This document shows positions 1 through 11,813 of a stretch of DNA of 33,156 nucleotides, in pieces; the stretch's first letter is position 1, and every line of letters starts with the position of its first letter. The notes under the pieces are model-generated. The model was not told the DNA's origin. It saw only the letters and a program-made list of their open reading frames with translations, and did no database searches. The DNA comes from an uncultured bacterium (lineage in GTDB: Bacteria > CAIJMQ01). The stretch lies in NCBI GenBank assembly GCA_964573245.1, contig CAZNJA010000012.1, forward strand, positions 252 to 33,407, written 5' to 3'. The translations under genes and the position numbers were made by a program.

Positions 1-1
1 T

Positions 2-1504
2 GCTTCTCATGCAAGAACGCTTACAGGACATCTGAACACATTTCTTGCTTCAATGCAGGCGTATTATGCTGGAGCGTTAGGAGTAGGTTATGTAAATATT
101 CTATATGCCCCTTATCTTGTCGGTATGAGCGATGAGGAACTTAAACAAGAAGCGCAATATCTTATATTTTCCGGCTCCCAAAATGCTTTCTCGAGGGGCG
201 GACAAACACTGTTTTTGGATTTCAATATTCATACTGGTGTTCCCGGTTATCTTGCAAATGTTCCTGCTGTTGGCCCCGGCGGGAAATATACTGGGAAGAC
301 ATATAAAGGTTATAAAAAAGAAGCGCAAAGATTTTGTAAAGCCTTAATGGATGTGTGGAGAGAAGGCGATTGTTACGGGCATGTCTTTGCTTTCCCCAAA
401 ATGGATTTGCATATTAACGATGACACTTTTACTGATCCCTCGCAGTATGAACTTTTTGAATATGCTTGTCAGATTGCTTCTGAGAATGGGTCGCCATATT
501 TTGTTTTTGATAGGGATGAAGTAACTCTTTCCCAATGTTGTCGTTTAAGAACAGTGGTTGAAGACCAGCATATGATAAAACATCCTGAAAGCATGAGATT
601 TTGCGGATTCCAGAATGTTACGATTAATCTTCCGCAGGCTTCTTATCGGGCAGGTGTTGGGAATTTCGAAGGGTTACTGGCGGAAATTGGAAGGGCTATG
701 GAATTAGTGATAAAGGCGCATATACAAAAGAGGGACTTTATAGCAAAACTCATGTCAGCTCCCAATCTTCCTTTATGGCAAATCGGTAAACCCGCAAAAG
801 ATGGCAAGCCCTATGTTGACTTAAACCAGTCAACTTATATTGTTGGAATAATTGGACTTAACGAGTGCATTCAATATTTAACAGGAGAGGAACTTCATGA
901 AAGTGAAGATGCCTACAGACTTGGTCTTAAGGTTATTGCTTGGATAAATCTTAAAGCAAAAGAGATGGGGAAAAAATATGATTTAAAGATTGCGCTGGAA
1001 GAATCCCCTGCAGAATCAGCAGCTAGGCGCCTTGCAAGAATTGACCTTAGGGAATTCCCTGTTTCAGAAAAAGTAATAAAAGGGGATATAAATGGTGGGG
1101 AGTATTATTATACAAATTCAATACATTTTAGGGCTGATTCGCCTATTTCACTCGTAGAAAGAATAGAAAAGCAAAGCAGGTTCCATTCTTTGATTGAATC
1201 TGGCGCGATAATCCATGCTTTTATAGGAGAGCAAGAACCGCCAAAAGAAAGTATTGTCAATCTTGTGAGTAAAACATTTCACAACACTCAATGCGCGCAA
1301 CTTACCATTTCTCCTGAGTTTACTATATGCAACAGTTGTCATCGTTCGGGTAGGGGATTGAATGGTTCTTGCAGTTATTGTGGAAGCACGGATGTGTATG
1401 GAGTAACTCGTATAGTTGGTTATTTTTCTCGTGTAAACAACTGGAATAAATCTAAAGTTGGAGAATTGAAAGATAGGGAAAAAGGTAATTACGGAATAGG
1501 TTAA
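2..1504 (+). CDS. nrdD: Anaerobic (class III) ribonucleoside-triphosphate reductase, 5'-truncated by window edge
   Basis: Frame is open from position 2 (ASHARTLTGHLNTFLASMQAYYAGA...). Finger loop SQCCRL, ESPAES, YYTNS, C-terminal CxxC...CxxC zinc site and glycyl-radical loop TRIVGYF. Confidence 0.96.
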   Translation, partial: ASHARTLTGHLNTFLASMQAYYAGALGVGYVNILYAPYLVGMSDEELKQEAQYLIFSGSQNAFSRGGQTLFLDFNIHTGVPGYLANVPAVGPGGKYTGKTYKGYKKEAQRFCKALMDVWREGDCYGHVFAFPKMDLHINDDTFTDPSQYELFEYACQIASENGSPYFVFDRDEVTLSQCCRLRTVVEDQHMIKHPESMRFCGFQNVTINLPQASYRAGVGNFEGLLAEIGRAMELVIKAHIQKRDFIAKLMSAPNLPLWQIGKPAKDGKPYVDLNQSTYIVGIIGLNECIQYLTGEELHESEDAYRLGLKVIAWINLKAKEMGKKYDLKIALEESPAESAARRLARIDLREFPVSEKVIKGDINGGEYYYTNSIHFRADSPISLVERIEKQSRFHSLIESGAIIHAFIGEQEPPKESIVNLVSKTFHNTQCAQLTISPEFTICNSCHRSGRGLNGSCSYCGSTDVYGVTRIVGYFSRVNNWNKSKVGELKDREKGNYGIG

Positions 1505-1579
1505 GAACTCTCTGGGTACGGTTTTAGGCCTAACATTGGAGGATTGAAACAAAACCATAAACATACAAAGGAGAAACAG

Positions 1580-1813
1580 ATGGACATAAAATTGTTCTTG
1601 AAAAACGCAGGTTGTCCTGAATGCGAAAAATTAAAAAGGGAACTCGGAGAAGACTTCCAAAAAGTGCCTGTATACTTTGTGGACACTGTGGATGGGTTAA
1701 CAGAAGCTGCATATAACGATGTTTTGACAACTCCTACTTTAATTCATCAAGGAAATCATATTGTGGATTTGGAAGAAATAAAAAAAATTATTGGCGAAAA
1801 GACGAATGATTAA
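1580..1813 (+). CDS. NrdH/glutaredoxin-like small redoxin
   Basis: ATG at 1580 with AAGGAG RBS at 1568-1573. 77 aa with CPEC dithiol and thioredoxin-fold cis-Pro segment (TTPTLI), directly after nrdD. Confidence 0.8.
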   Translation: MDIKLFLKNAGCPECEKLKRELGEDFQKVPVYFVDTVDGLTEAAYNDVLTTPTLIHQGNHIVDLEEIKKIIGEKTND

Positions 1814-1824
1814 TTTTTTGTAAT

Positions 1825-3180
1825 TCAAAGAGATTTTGATTTTTTGATAAAATTTGAGGCAGTTTCGAAATAAATTTCTTTTTTGGCTTTTTGGGGCAGC
1901 CGTCCTTCTATCACTTCATTCATTATGAAATCTTTTATTTTTCCTATCAAACGTCCTGGTAGGAGATTAAAATGTTTCATAATGTCATCTCCGGAAATTG
2001 GACATTTCAATTCTTTTATGGATTTCAAATTTTTAATTCTTTCGCCTAATTCTTCAAGCATTTTGATTTTTTCTTTTACTTTTTCTTTCCTGTAGGAAGT
2101 TATATCGCAACTGGATAAAATAAGAACGTTGTCAAGTCTATTTCCCATTTCTTTTATAAATCTTCTTACAGCAGAGTCGGTCCATTCTCGTGTGTAAAGA
2201 TTGCAGCGCATGTGTTTTGCTACCAAAAAGCAAATATCCTCTTTAAGGTCTTTGGGGAATTTTAGACGCGATAGAATGGAGTAAGCCATTTTTGAACCGA
2301 GTTCCTCATGTCTGTAAAAATGGATTTTGTTTTTTTCTTTGGTTTTTACATAAGGTTTTGCGACATCATGTAGTAATGCCGCCCATCTTAAGGTTTTATC
2401 TTTGGGCGTGTTTTCGACTACTTTTAACGTATGCAGCCATACGTCTTTATGATGATAACCGCTTTCCTGATGAAGATTTTTTAAGGGATGAAGTTCAGGG
2501 ATAAAAAAATTCAAAATCTTTGCGTTTATCATATCCGTCAGCGCTTTTATGACAAAATCCCCGAGTAGGAGTTTATTCATTTCTGCCTGAATCCGCTCTT
2601 CGGAAATATACATTATCCTGAATGCGTTTCTTTCGATTGCTTTGTAAGTCGCTTTTTCTATTTCAAATCCTAATTGCGACTGGAAACGGAATGCTCTTAA
2701 AATTCTTAAAGGGTCATCTTCGAAAGACTCATCAGGCAAAGAAGGTGTGCGGATTAGTTTTTTTGAAAGGTCCTTTGTTCCGTCATATATATCTATGATT
2801 TTTCCTTCGGGAGAGATTGCGAGCGTATTAATCGTAAAATCTCTTCGTTTAAGGTCTTCTTCAAGACTTTTGCCAAATTCTACTAATGGCTTCCTGTTGC
2901 GGGGGCGATATATTTCTTTTTTTCTGTAAGTGGTTATGTGAATCTCTTGACCGTCGATAATAGCTCCAACCGTTCCGAAAGATATTCCTATAGGAAAGTT
3001 TTTAATCTTACTCTTATTAAGTATTTCTCTTGTTTTTTGCGGTGGAAGGGAAGTGGCAAAATCAAAGTCGTTTAATTGCTTGTTCATAAGCATATCTCTG
3101 ACAGAACCACCCACAAGAAATATTTCTCCCTTTTGCTTTTGGAAAATCTCGTATATTTTTTTAAATATTACTTTTTCCAT
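1825..3180 (-). CDS. cca: CCA-adding tRNA nucleotidyltransferase/poly(A) polymerase family with HD domain
   Basis: LVGGSVRD, DFDFAT, RRDFTIN, EDDPLRILRAFRF and LLHDVAK motifs. ATG at 3180 preferred over TTG at 3189. Confidence 0.9.
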   Translation of the reverse strand: MEKVIFKKIYEIFQKQKGEIFLVGGSVRDMLMNKQLNDFDFATSLPPQKTREILNKSKIKNFPIGISFGTVGAIIDGQEIHITTYRKKEIYRPRNRKPLVEFGKSLEEDLKRRDFTINTLAISPEGKIIDIYDGTKDLSKKLIRTPSLPDESFEDDPLRILRAFRFQSQLGFEIEKATYKAIERNAFRIMYISEERIQAEMNKLLLGDFVIKALTDMINAKILNFFIPELHPLKNLHQESGYHHKDVWLHTLKVVENTPKDKTLRWAALLHDVAKPYVKTKEKNKIHFYRHEELGSKMAYSILSRLKFPKDLKEDICFLVAKHMRCNLYTREWTDSAVRRFIKEMGNRLDNVLILSSCDITSYRKEKVKEKIKMLEELGERIKNLKSIKELKCPISGDDIMKHFNLLPGRLIGKIKDFIMNEVIEGRLPQKAKKEIYFETASNFIKKSKSL

Positions 3181-3188
3181 AACGAGCA

Positions 3189-3197
3189 ATTATAGCA
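3189..3197 (-). promoter_or_regulatory. Extended -10 promoter (TGCTATAAT) for cca, probably leaderless mRNA
   Basis: Minus strand reads TGC-TATAAT, 8 nt, then ATG, with no room for a Shine-Dalgarno. Confidence 0.55.
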
Positions 3198-3210
3198 TAG
3201 CTTATAATTG

Positions 3211-3219
3211 TGGTATAAT
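3211..3219 (+). promoter_or_regulatory. Extended -10 promoter (TGGTATAAT) for the two-component operon
   Basis: Exact TGnTATAAT ~78 nt upstream of the kinase ATG. Confidence 0.5.
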
Positions 3220-3233
3220 AGCCACATCTTTTG

Positions 3234-3268
3234 GACTAAAGACTATAGACCAAAGACCACAGACTAAA
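3234..3268. repeat. Five tandem degenerate heptamers
   Basis: GACTAAA GACTATA GACCAAA GACCACA GACTAAA. Confidence 0.85.
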
Positions 3269-3296
3269 AAGGGTTTCCAATCTTTAATTAAGGAAT

Positions 3297-4970
3297 ATGA
3301 GAATTTTTAAATCTAGATTACAAAAGAAACTTATTCTTTCTTTTCTTGTGGTTGGCATAGCCCCGATGATTATATCCATTTTTATAACCACTCAAATTAT
3401 GTCCAAACGTGTGGAAGAGGATATTAAAAGCACGGTATATGGCGCGTATAATATAGCAGAGGAGGAAATTTCAAAGTTGCAGGAAGCCGCGTTTGAGAGT
3501 AATCAAACTCGTTTGACACAGCCCGAATTTATTAAGAGTGCCCAAAATTTTTTCTCGGAAAGCAAGATATGGAATGAACAAACATATGTGCCAATTGCCG
3601 AAAATGTCTTCCTTTATAAGGGGCCTCATCCCAAGGAAGGGAAATTATTTATGGAAATAGGAGTGGGGCAATTAAAGACTTTGATGACTGGAGTAGTATC
3701 GCCTATTAAAGATGAGAATGGAGACATTATTGGTGGGTTAGGCACGGTATATCCATTGGGTCAAAGATTCGAACAGAATATAACTCGTCTTACAGGAGTG
3801 GCAGTTCGGGTTTTCGCAAGAATTTCCGAAGAAGAGGAAAAAGAAGTTAGGGATGTGCAATTTTCCGAAAAAGCTGAGAAAGCAATTTTTCAGAATCATG
3901 AAACATATTATGACAAAGGCGCAACATTAAAAGGCAAGCCATACGCGGCTTTAGGAAAACCTTTTATGGGGCAAGACGAAATGCTGGGACTTATGCTTAT
4001 AGGTATTCCGAAAACTTATGCTTTTCAAACCGTCCTTAAAGAATATCTTCCTTTTTTCTTGGGTATATGGATATTAGTGGCAGGAGCCTTGGGATATGTT
4101 ATAACTCGCGGAATAACAAACCCCATAAGCAGATTTATTAAGGGAGCAAATGCCATAGCTTCGGGCGATTTAAATCAGCATATTAATCTTATTTCTAAAG
4201 ATGAAATCGGCAGTTTGGCATCTGCGTTTAATAATATGGCTCAAGAACTTAAAAAAATGCATAAGATGCAAGAAGAACTTAGAAAAATTGACAGATTATC
4301 TGCACTGGGGCAGTTGGCGGCAGAAGTCGCTCATGAGATTAAAAACCCGCTTGGTATAATAAAAAATTCCGCACAAATTCTGGAAAGTGGTTCCTTGGAT
4401 GAAATAAAAAAGAAGGAAGTCGTAAATTTTATAATAGAGGAAACCGAACGCATAAACAAAGTTACAGAGAACTTTCTTCAATTTGCAAGACCTCCGAAAA
4501 CAAAAAAACAAAAGACAGACATAGTAGAAGTACTGAATAAAACTGTTCAGATTGTAAGTGACACATTGACAAAAAATAACGTTGAAGTCATTAAAGAGTA
4601 TAAAGAATCGTTTCCTTTGATTCGCGCAAACCAATCTCAATTGCAACAACTTTTTCTTAATTTGATATTAAATGCGGCAGAAGCCATGTCTGAAGGGGGT
4701 AAGTTGAAAATCTCATCTCAACTTGTATTTGGGAAAAGGCCAGGCCAACCAGAAGGGAAATGGATAGAGATTGTCTTTTCGGACACAGGCAAAGGAGTAT
4801 CAGGTAAACTTAAAAAGAAAATTTTTGAGCCGTTTTATACGACGCGCGAGCATGGAACAGGGTTAGGACTATCGATTTCACAAAAGATTGTGGAAAACCA
4901 TGGCGGGAGCATCACTTTAAAATCCGAAGTCGGAAAGGGCTCTACTTTTAAAATAACGCTTCCTGTATAA
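3297..4970 (+). CDS. Membrane sensor histidine kinase (TM-Cache-like-TM-HAMP-HisKA-HATPase)
   Basis: Two TM helices, HAMP (DEIGSLASAFNNM), H-box AHEIKNPL, N-box NLILNAAEAM, DTGKG and GTGLGL. Confidence 0.95.
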   Translation: MRIFKSRLQKKLILSFLVVGIAPMIISIFITTQIMSKRVEEDIKSTVYGAYNIAEEEISKLQEAAFESNQTRLTQPEFIKSAQNFFSESKIWNEQTYVPIAENVFLYKGPHPKEGKLFMEIGVGQLKTLMTGVVSPIKDENGDIIGGLGTVYPLGQRFEQNITRLTGVAVRVFARISEEEEKEVRDVQFSEKAEKAIFQNHETYYDKGATLKGKPYAALGKPFMGQDEMLGLMLIGIPKTYAFQTVLKEYLPFFLGIWILVAGALGYVITRGITNPISRFIKGANAIASGDLNQHINLISKDEIGSLASAFNNMAQELKKMHKMQEELRKIDRLSALGQLAAEVAHEIKNPLGIIKNSAQILESGSLDEIKKKEVVNFIIEETERINKVTENFLQFARPPKTKKQKTDIVEVLNKTVQIVSDTLTKNNVEVIKEYKESFPLIRANQSQLQQLFLNLILNAAEAMSEGGKLKISSQLVFGKRPGQPEGKWIEIVFSDTGKGVSGKLKKKIFEPFYTTREHGTGLGLSISQKIVENHGGSITLKSEVGKGSTFKITLPV

Positions 4971-4973
4971 AAT

Positions 4974-6383
4974 ATGAAAAAGAAAATTCTAATAGTTGAA
5001 GACGAGTCAAGGCAAGCAAAATTGTGGATGACAAAACTTGCAGAAGAAGGATATCAAGTTGATTGGGCTGACAACGGAAAAGTGGCATGCGATAAGATAT
5101 TAAGAGAAAATTATCAGCTTATTGTTACGGATATAAGAATGCCCAAACTGGATGGCTTGCAGCTTTTGGACTGGATAAGAGAAAAAGACAAGAAAATCCC
5201 CGTTATTATGATTACAGCGTTTGCCGATGTTGATTCTGCAGTTAGAGCTATGAAAAAAGGTGCGTATGATTATGTTAAAAAACCCATAGATTTAGAGGAA
5301 TTGACACAGATCATAGGCAAAGTTTTTAGAATGAAAATCTTGGAAGAAGAAAATATATACCTTAAAAACGAATTGTCACGCAAATCAGGTATGCTCATTG
5401 TCGGGGAAAGCGCAGAGTTCAAAAAAGTTATGGAGCTTATTGCGAGAGTGGCAAAAACCAAATCCACCGTTTTGATTGTCGGCGAGACGGGAACAGGAAA
5501 AGAGCTTGTGGCTAATGCTATTCATTACAATTCACCCAGAAAAAATTCGCCTTTTGTGGTGGTGAATTGCGCAGCATTGCCGGAAAATCTGTTGGAATCT
5601 GAATTCTTCGGGCATGTAAAGGGTGCTTTTACTGGCGCTTATGAGGATAAAAAAGGAAAATTTGAAGTGGCGAATTCTGGCACGCTTTTTTTGGATGAAA
5701 TCGGGGCCATACCGATTAATCTTCAATCCAAACTTTTAAGAGCGATTGAAAACCAGCAATTTGAATTAGTAGGAAGTACGAAAACCGTTTCTTGCGATGT
5801 TAGAATTATAGCGGCTACTAATGTTGATTTGAAAAAAGCTATAGAAAAAAGCGAGTTCAGGGAAGACTTGTATTATCGTTTGAATGTTTTTCCTATTTCT
5901 CTTCCTGCTTTAAGGCAAAGAGTAAAAGACATCCCATATCTCGTGGAACATTTTATCAAGATGTATAGCATAGAATTAAAAAAGAATATCAAAGGTATAG
6001 AGAAACAGGCGTTGGATATTTTGATGTCTTATTCGTGGCCCGGCAATGTGCGAGAACTTGAAAACATTATGGAAAGAGCGATGGTTCTTTGTGAAAAAGA
6101 TATTTTAACATCTGACCTTTTTAAAATGCTGGAAAACAAAGATATCGGGAGAAATTTTCGGACGAAATTTTCGGATGAATTTACCGCGTATCAAGACGGA
6201 GTGAACTATTCCGAATCTAAAAAAAAATTTCTCTCGTCTTTTGATAAGAATTTTATATTGAAAATTTTAAAAGAAGCAAAAGGTAATATTACAAAAACTT
6301 CTCATGTTTCCGGCATAGACAGGAAAAATCTATATCGGAAAATCAAAAATTTAAAAATAGACCCGAAACAATTTAAAGAATAA
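4974..6383 (+). CDS. NtrC-family sigma-54-dependent response regulator
   Basis: Receiver (ILIVEDE, TDIRMP), Walker A GETGTGKE, GAFTGA, LFLDEIG, WPGNVRELEN and C-terminal Fis HTH. Confidence 0.96.
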   Translation: MKKKILIVEDESRQAKLWMTKLAEEGYQVDWADNGKVACDKILRENYQLIVTDIRMPKLDGLQLLDWIREKDKKIPVIMITAFADVDSAVRAMKKGAYDYVKKPIDLEELTQIIGKVFRMKILEEENIYLKNELSRKSGMLIVGESAEFKKVMELIARVAKTKSTVLIVGETGTGKELVANAIHYNSPRKNSPFVVVNCAALPENLLESEFFGHVKGAFTGAYEDKKGKFEVANSGTLFLDEIGAIPINLQSKLLRAIENQQFELVGSTKTVSCDVRIIAATNVDLKKAIEKSEFREDLYYRLNVFPISLPALRQRVKDIPYLVEHFIKMYSIELKKNIKGIEKQALDILMSYSWPGNVRELENIMERAMVLCEKDILTSDLFKMLENKDIGRNFRTKFSDEFTAYQDGVNYSESKKKFLSSFDKNFILKILKEAKGNITKTSHVSGIDRKNLYRKIKNLKIDPKQFKE

Positions 6384-6487
6384 TTTTAACCGTTGAAAAC
6401 AGAATTTATTTATTGTCTTTTTCTATCTATACTTCCTTTTCTCCGCTCGCTACCTTTATAGATATGGGGTTAAAACACTACCATTAT

Positions 6488-6505
6488 TGTAGTAATAATA
6501 CTACA
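6488..6505. promoter_or_regulatory. Perfect dyad TGTAGTA-ataa-TACTACA, candidate enhancer (UAS)
   Basis: 7-bp inverted repeat ~90 bp upstream of a sigma-54-like box. A degenerate partner (TGGGGTTAAAACACTACCA) lies just upstream. Confidence 0.45.
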
Positions 6506-6594
6506 TTTAAGTTTGGTTTTTGTTTTTATATTACACGGGGATAAAACGAAAACCGCCTTGCCCAAGAATGTTTTAACGATATATGTTTTGGCAT

Positions 6595-6610
6595 TGGCAC
6601 GTAATTTGTT
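6595..6610 (+). promoter_or_regulatory. Sigma-54 (-24/-12) promoter-like element
   Basis: TGGCACG-TAAT-TTGTT against consensus TGGCACG-N4-TTGCW; one mismatch, at the -12 C. Confidence 0.5.
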
Positions 6611-6623
6611 AGATAGTAGGCAT

Positions 6624-6685
6624 GTGCGAGCATTCCGGGCAGAGTGTTCTTTCCCCTTTCCTTCTTCTCTCTGCCCGGTTTGCAC
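6624..6685 (+). other. Stem-loop with pyrimidine-rich loop (possible sRNA or lpxD leader)
   Basis: CCGGGCAGAG (6635-6644) pairs with CTCTGCCCGG (6669-6678), outer GTGCGA/TTGCAC pairing, loop containing TTCTTTCCCCTTTCCTTCTT. Confidence 0.5.
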
Positions 6686-6713
6686 TGAAGATTTAAGGTA
6701 TAAAAATTTTAAA

Positions 6714-7739
6714 ATGAGAAAAACTTTAAAAGAACTTACAGAAATAATAGGCGGACAGATAGTAGGTGACCCTTTAGTTTTAATAAAAGGCGTGGCTCCT
6801 TTGGAGGAAGCCAAAGAAGGAGATATAACATTTTTTGCAAATTCCAAGTTGTCCCCATTTCTGCATAAAACCAAAGCGTCTGCCGTAATTGTGGATTCTA
6901 AAACTCCGGGAAACGGAAAGCCCTTAATTAGAATAGATAACCCTTATGCGGCTTTTAGCAAAATTATGGAGTTATGGGTTCAAAATAAACCCTATTGTGT
7001 CGGAATCCATCCCACCGCTGTTTTGGGGGAGCAGGTAAAGTTAGGAGGGAATATTTCAATCGGAGCTTATGCTGTTATAGATGATAAAGTGGAAATAGGG
7101 GACGGGACAGTAATTCGGTCTCATACTTGTATAGGAGAAAACAGTAGAATTGGAAAGAATTGCCATATTCATCCGCAGGTTACAATTGTCGAAAATGTCG
7201 AAATAGGGAATGATGTCATAGTCCATTCCGGAACGGTGATTGGCTCGGAAGGTTTTGGTTTTATAGGAGAAAACGGAACTTATCGTAAAATCCCCCAGAT
7301 AGGTAAAGTAATCATAGGCAATAATGTTAGGATAGGCGCAAACGTAACTATTGATAGAGCCACTTTTGGAAAAACACTAATAAAAGACGGGACGAAAATA
7401 GATAATTTGGTCCAAATAGCCCACAATGTAGAAATCGGTAAAAACTGCATAATAGTGGGACAGGTTGGAATATGCGGTTCGGTTAAAATAGGCGATGGAG
7501 TAATTTTGGCGGGACAAGTAGGTATTGTAGACCATCTTTCGATAGGTGACGGAGCAAAAGTTGCAGCTAAATCCGTAGTAACGAAAGACGTTCCTGCAGG
7601 CAAATTAGTATCAGGTTATCCGGCAAGAGACCATAACGAAGAAAGAAGAATTAAGGCTTCAGTTGCTCGTCTCCCTTCTCTTTACAAGAAGGTGCAAGAA
7701 CTTTCAAAAAGATTGGAAAAACTCGGGAAAAAGTCTTGA
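6714..7739 (+). CDS. lpxD: UDP-3-O-(3-hydroxymyristoyl)glucosamine N-acyltransferase
   Basis: Homology starts at MRKTLKEL (ATG 6714). Hexapeptide repeats, GSEGFGF, IPQIG, IDRATF and KIDNLVQIAHNV. Confidence 0.95.
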   Translation: MRKTLKELTEIIGGQIVGDPLVLIKGVAPLEEAKEGDITFFANSKLSPFLHKTKASAVIVDSKTPGNGKPLIRIDNPYAAFSKIMELWVQNKPYCVGIHPTAVLGEQVKLGGNISIGAYAVIDDKVEIGDGTVIRSHTCIGENSRIGKNCHIHPQVTIVENVEIGNDVIVHSGTVIGSEGFGFIGENGTYRKIPQIGKVIIGNNVRIGANVTIDRATFGKTLIKDGTKIDNLVQIAHNVEIGKNCIIVGQVGICGSVKIGDGVILAGQVGIVDHLSIGDGAKVAAKSVVTKDVPAGKLVSGYPARDHNEERRIKASVARLPSLYKKVQELSKRLEKLGKKS

Positions 7740-7840
7740 AGTTTTCCTTGTCCTCTTGTTTTCTATCCCTAACACACCTCAATTTATAAGCATAAACAGC
7801 ATAATTCCAAAGCGTATTAGCATAGAGAAATTTGTTGAGA

Positions 7841-7870
7841 TTGACAAGAGAAGTTACCTTCCTATACAAT
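7841..7870 (+). promoter_or_regulatory. Sigma-70 promoter for icd-purA
   Basis: TTGACA (7841-7846), 18 nt, TACAAT (7865-7870), then 10 nt to the ATG with no SD. Confidence 0.6.
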
Positions 7871-7880
7871 TACCTCCGTT

Positions 7881-10217
<2,337 letters not shown>

Positions 10218-10438
10218 GAAATTTCATATTCAAAACTTTATCCTTTTCTAATTATCTAACCTGTTATTAGACTTTATAGTATATTCTTTTTAAAATCAAA
10301 ACTAATGTATAATACGCTTACAGTGTAATATGCGGTTTCAAACCGATACTTTAGAAGGTGTCCCGGATTCAGTAATCGAAGAGATTATAGAAGCAATAAT
10401 AGATACGTTGTAAAACACGCAAAACAAAGTCAAAAAAT

Positions 10439-11734
10439 ATGAAAACTTTAATTCTTATAATTTTTTTCTTTGCGTATATCGGGATAATTTTCAAGAGAGA
10501 ATGGGGATTGTTCTTTGTCTATGGGGCGATTTCTATTCTTCTGTTAAGTGGAGCTATTTTTTTGAGGCAGGTTCCTTCTTTCATCAATTGGAATGTCCTT
10601 GGGATATTTCTCGGCACCACGATTCTTTCTTATTTGTTCGCTTTTTCAGGCATTGCGTCTCTTTGGATGGAATACATTATAAAAAGAGGTTTTTCTCTTC
10701 CTGTGTGCTACTTGTTGATATGCGTTTTCGCGGGATTTATCTCAATTTTCATGGAAAACGTCGCTACGATTTTATTAATGGCTCCGATAGCACTTGAATT
10801 TTCGAAAAAATTGAAATTAAATCCTGTGTTTTTGTTTATAGGTATAGCAGTTTCAAGTAATCTTCAAGGATGCGCTACTATGATAGGCGATAGCCCCAGT
10901 ATAATTATGGCTTTGGAAACAGGCATGAATTTCAACGACTTCTTTTGGTTGAATAATAGACTCGGCATATTTTTTTCCGTTCAAATAGGAGCAATTTTAG
11001 GTTATATGGTTTTGTATCTTTTTTTTAGGAGAATAAAACCCGTTGGAGTAAGCACTCCCGCTGTTTTCTTACAAAAGCGGAAAGCTGGAACTATTTCTAA
11101 TAAGGTAAAAAGTTGGTTTCCGCTTTATCTTTTAGGGCTTTTTATAGCAAGTTTTGCTTTTGGTTCTTTGTTCCTCGCCGGAAAATTTGAGTTTTATCCT
11201 GCTTTTTTGGCGCTTTTTTGGGCAATAGTTGGTGTTGTCTGGCAATTGGTTTTTCATCGTGAAAAAATTTCTTTAACAAAAGATATAGATTGGACAAGTT
11301 TTTTCCTTTTACTGGGGATATTTATATTAGTTGGGAGTTTGAATAATGTAGGAATTATAAAAGATTTTTCGAGCAAATTATCACAATTTGGCGCAAATCC
11401 TTTCGGCCTTTACAATATAATTGTTTGGTTTTCGGTTTTTATCTCTGGTTTTGTGGACAATATCCCATACACAATGGCTATGATTTCAGCAATTAAATTA
11501 TTAGCGGATTCCTTAAGTCTTGTGGTTTATCCGTATGTGTTCGGACTACTTTTGGGAACTTGCATCGGAGGAAATATCACTCCTATCGGCGCCAGCGCAA
11601 ACGTAGTGGCAGTCGGTATTTTAAGAAGAGAAGGTTATCAAGTAAAGTTTAGCCAGTTTATTAAAATAGGATTACCGTTTACTTTTGCGGCAGTTATGGG
11701 AAGTTGTTTGTTTAACTGGCTTATTTGGAGATAA
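10439..11734 (+). CDS. SLC13/ArsB/NhaD-family (IT superfamily) anion permease
   Basis: About 12 hydrophobic segments with SIFMENVAT, SSNLQGCATMIGDSPS, VDNIP and GGNITPIGASAN motifs. Confidence 0.88.
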   Translation: MKTLILIIFFFAYIGIIFKREWGLFFVYGAISILLLSGAIFLRQVPSFINWNVLGIFLGTTILSYLFAFSGIASLWMEYIIKRGFSLPVCYLLICVFAGFISIFMENVATILLMAPIALEFSKKLKLNPVFLFIGIAVSSNLQGCATMIGDSPSIIMALETGMNFNDFFWLNNRLGIFFSVQIGAILGYMVLYLFFRRIKPVGVSTPAVFLQKRKAGTISNKVKSWFPLYLLGLFIASFAFGSLFLAGKFEFYPAFLALFWAIVGVVWQLVFHREKISLTKDIDWTSFFLLLGIFILVGSLNNVGIIKDFSSKLSQFGANPFGLYNIIVWFSVFISGFVDNIPYTMAMISAIKLLADSLSLVVYPYVFGLLLGTCIGGNITPIGASANVVAVGILRREGYQVKFSQFIKIGLPFTFAAVMGSCLFNWLIWR

Positions 11735-11813
11735 CTCTGTAAATAAAGAACGCATCCCATTTATTACACACCAATTAATAAAGCATTTTCTTGAAGATTT
11801 ACCGGAGAAATTA

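Noticed and set aside
3053-3310. 85-aa + strand ORF
   Set aside because: It overlaps cca antisense and reads through promoters and the heptamer tract.
6513-6713. 67-aa N-terminal extension of LpxD from the TTG start
   Set aside because: LpxD similarity begins at ATG 6714, and the extension overlaps promoter-like and hairpin sequence.
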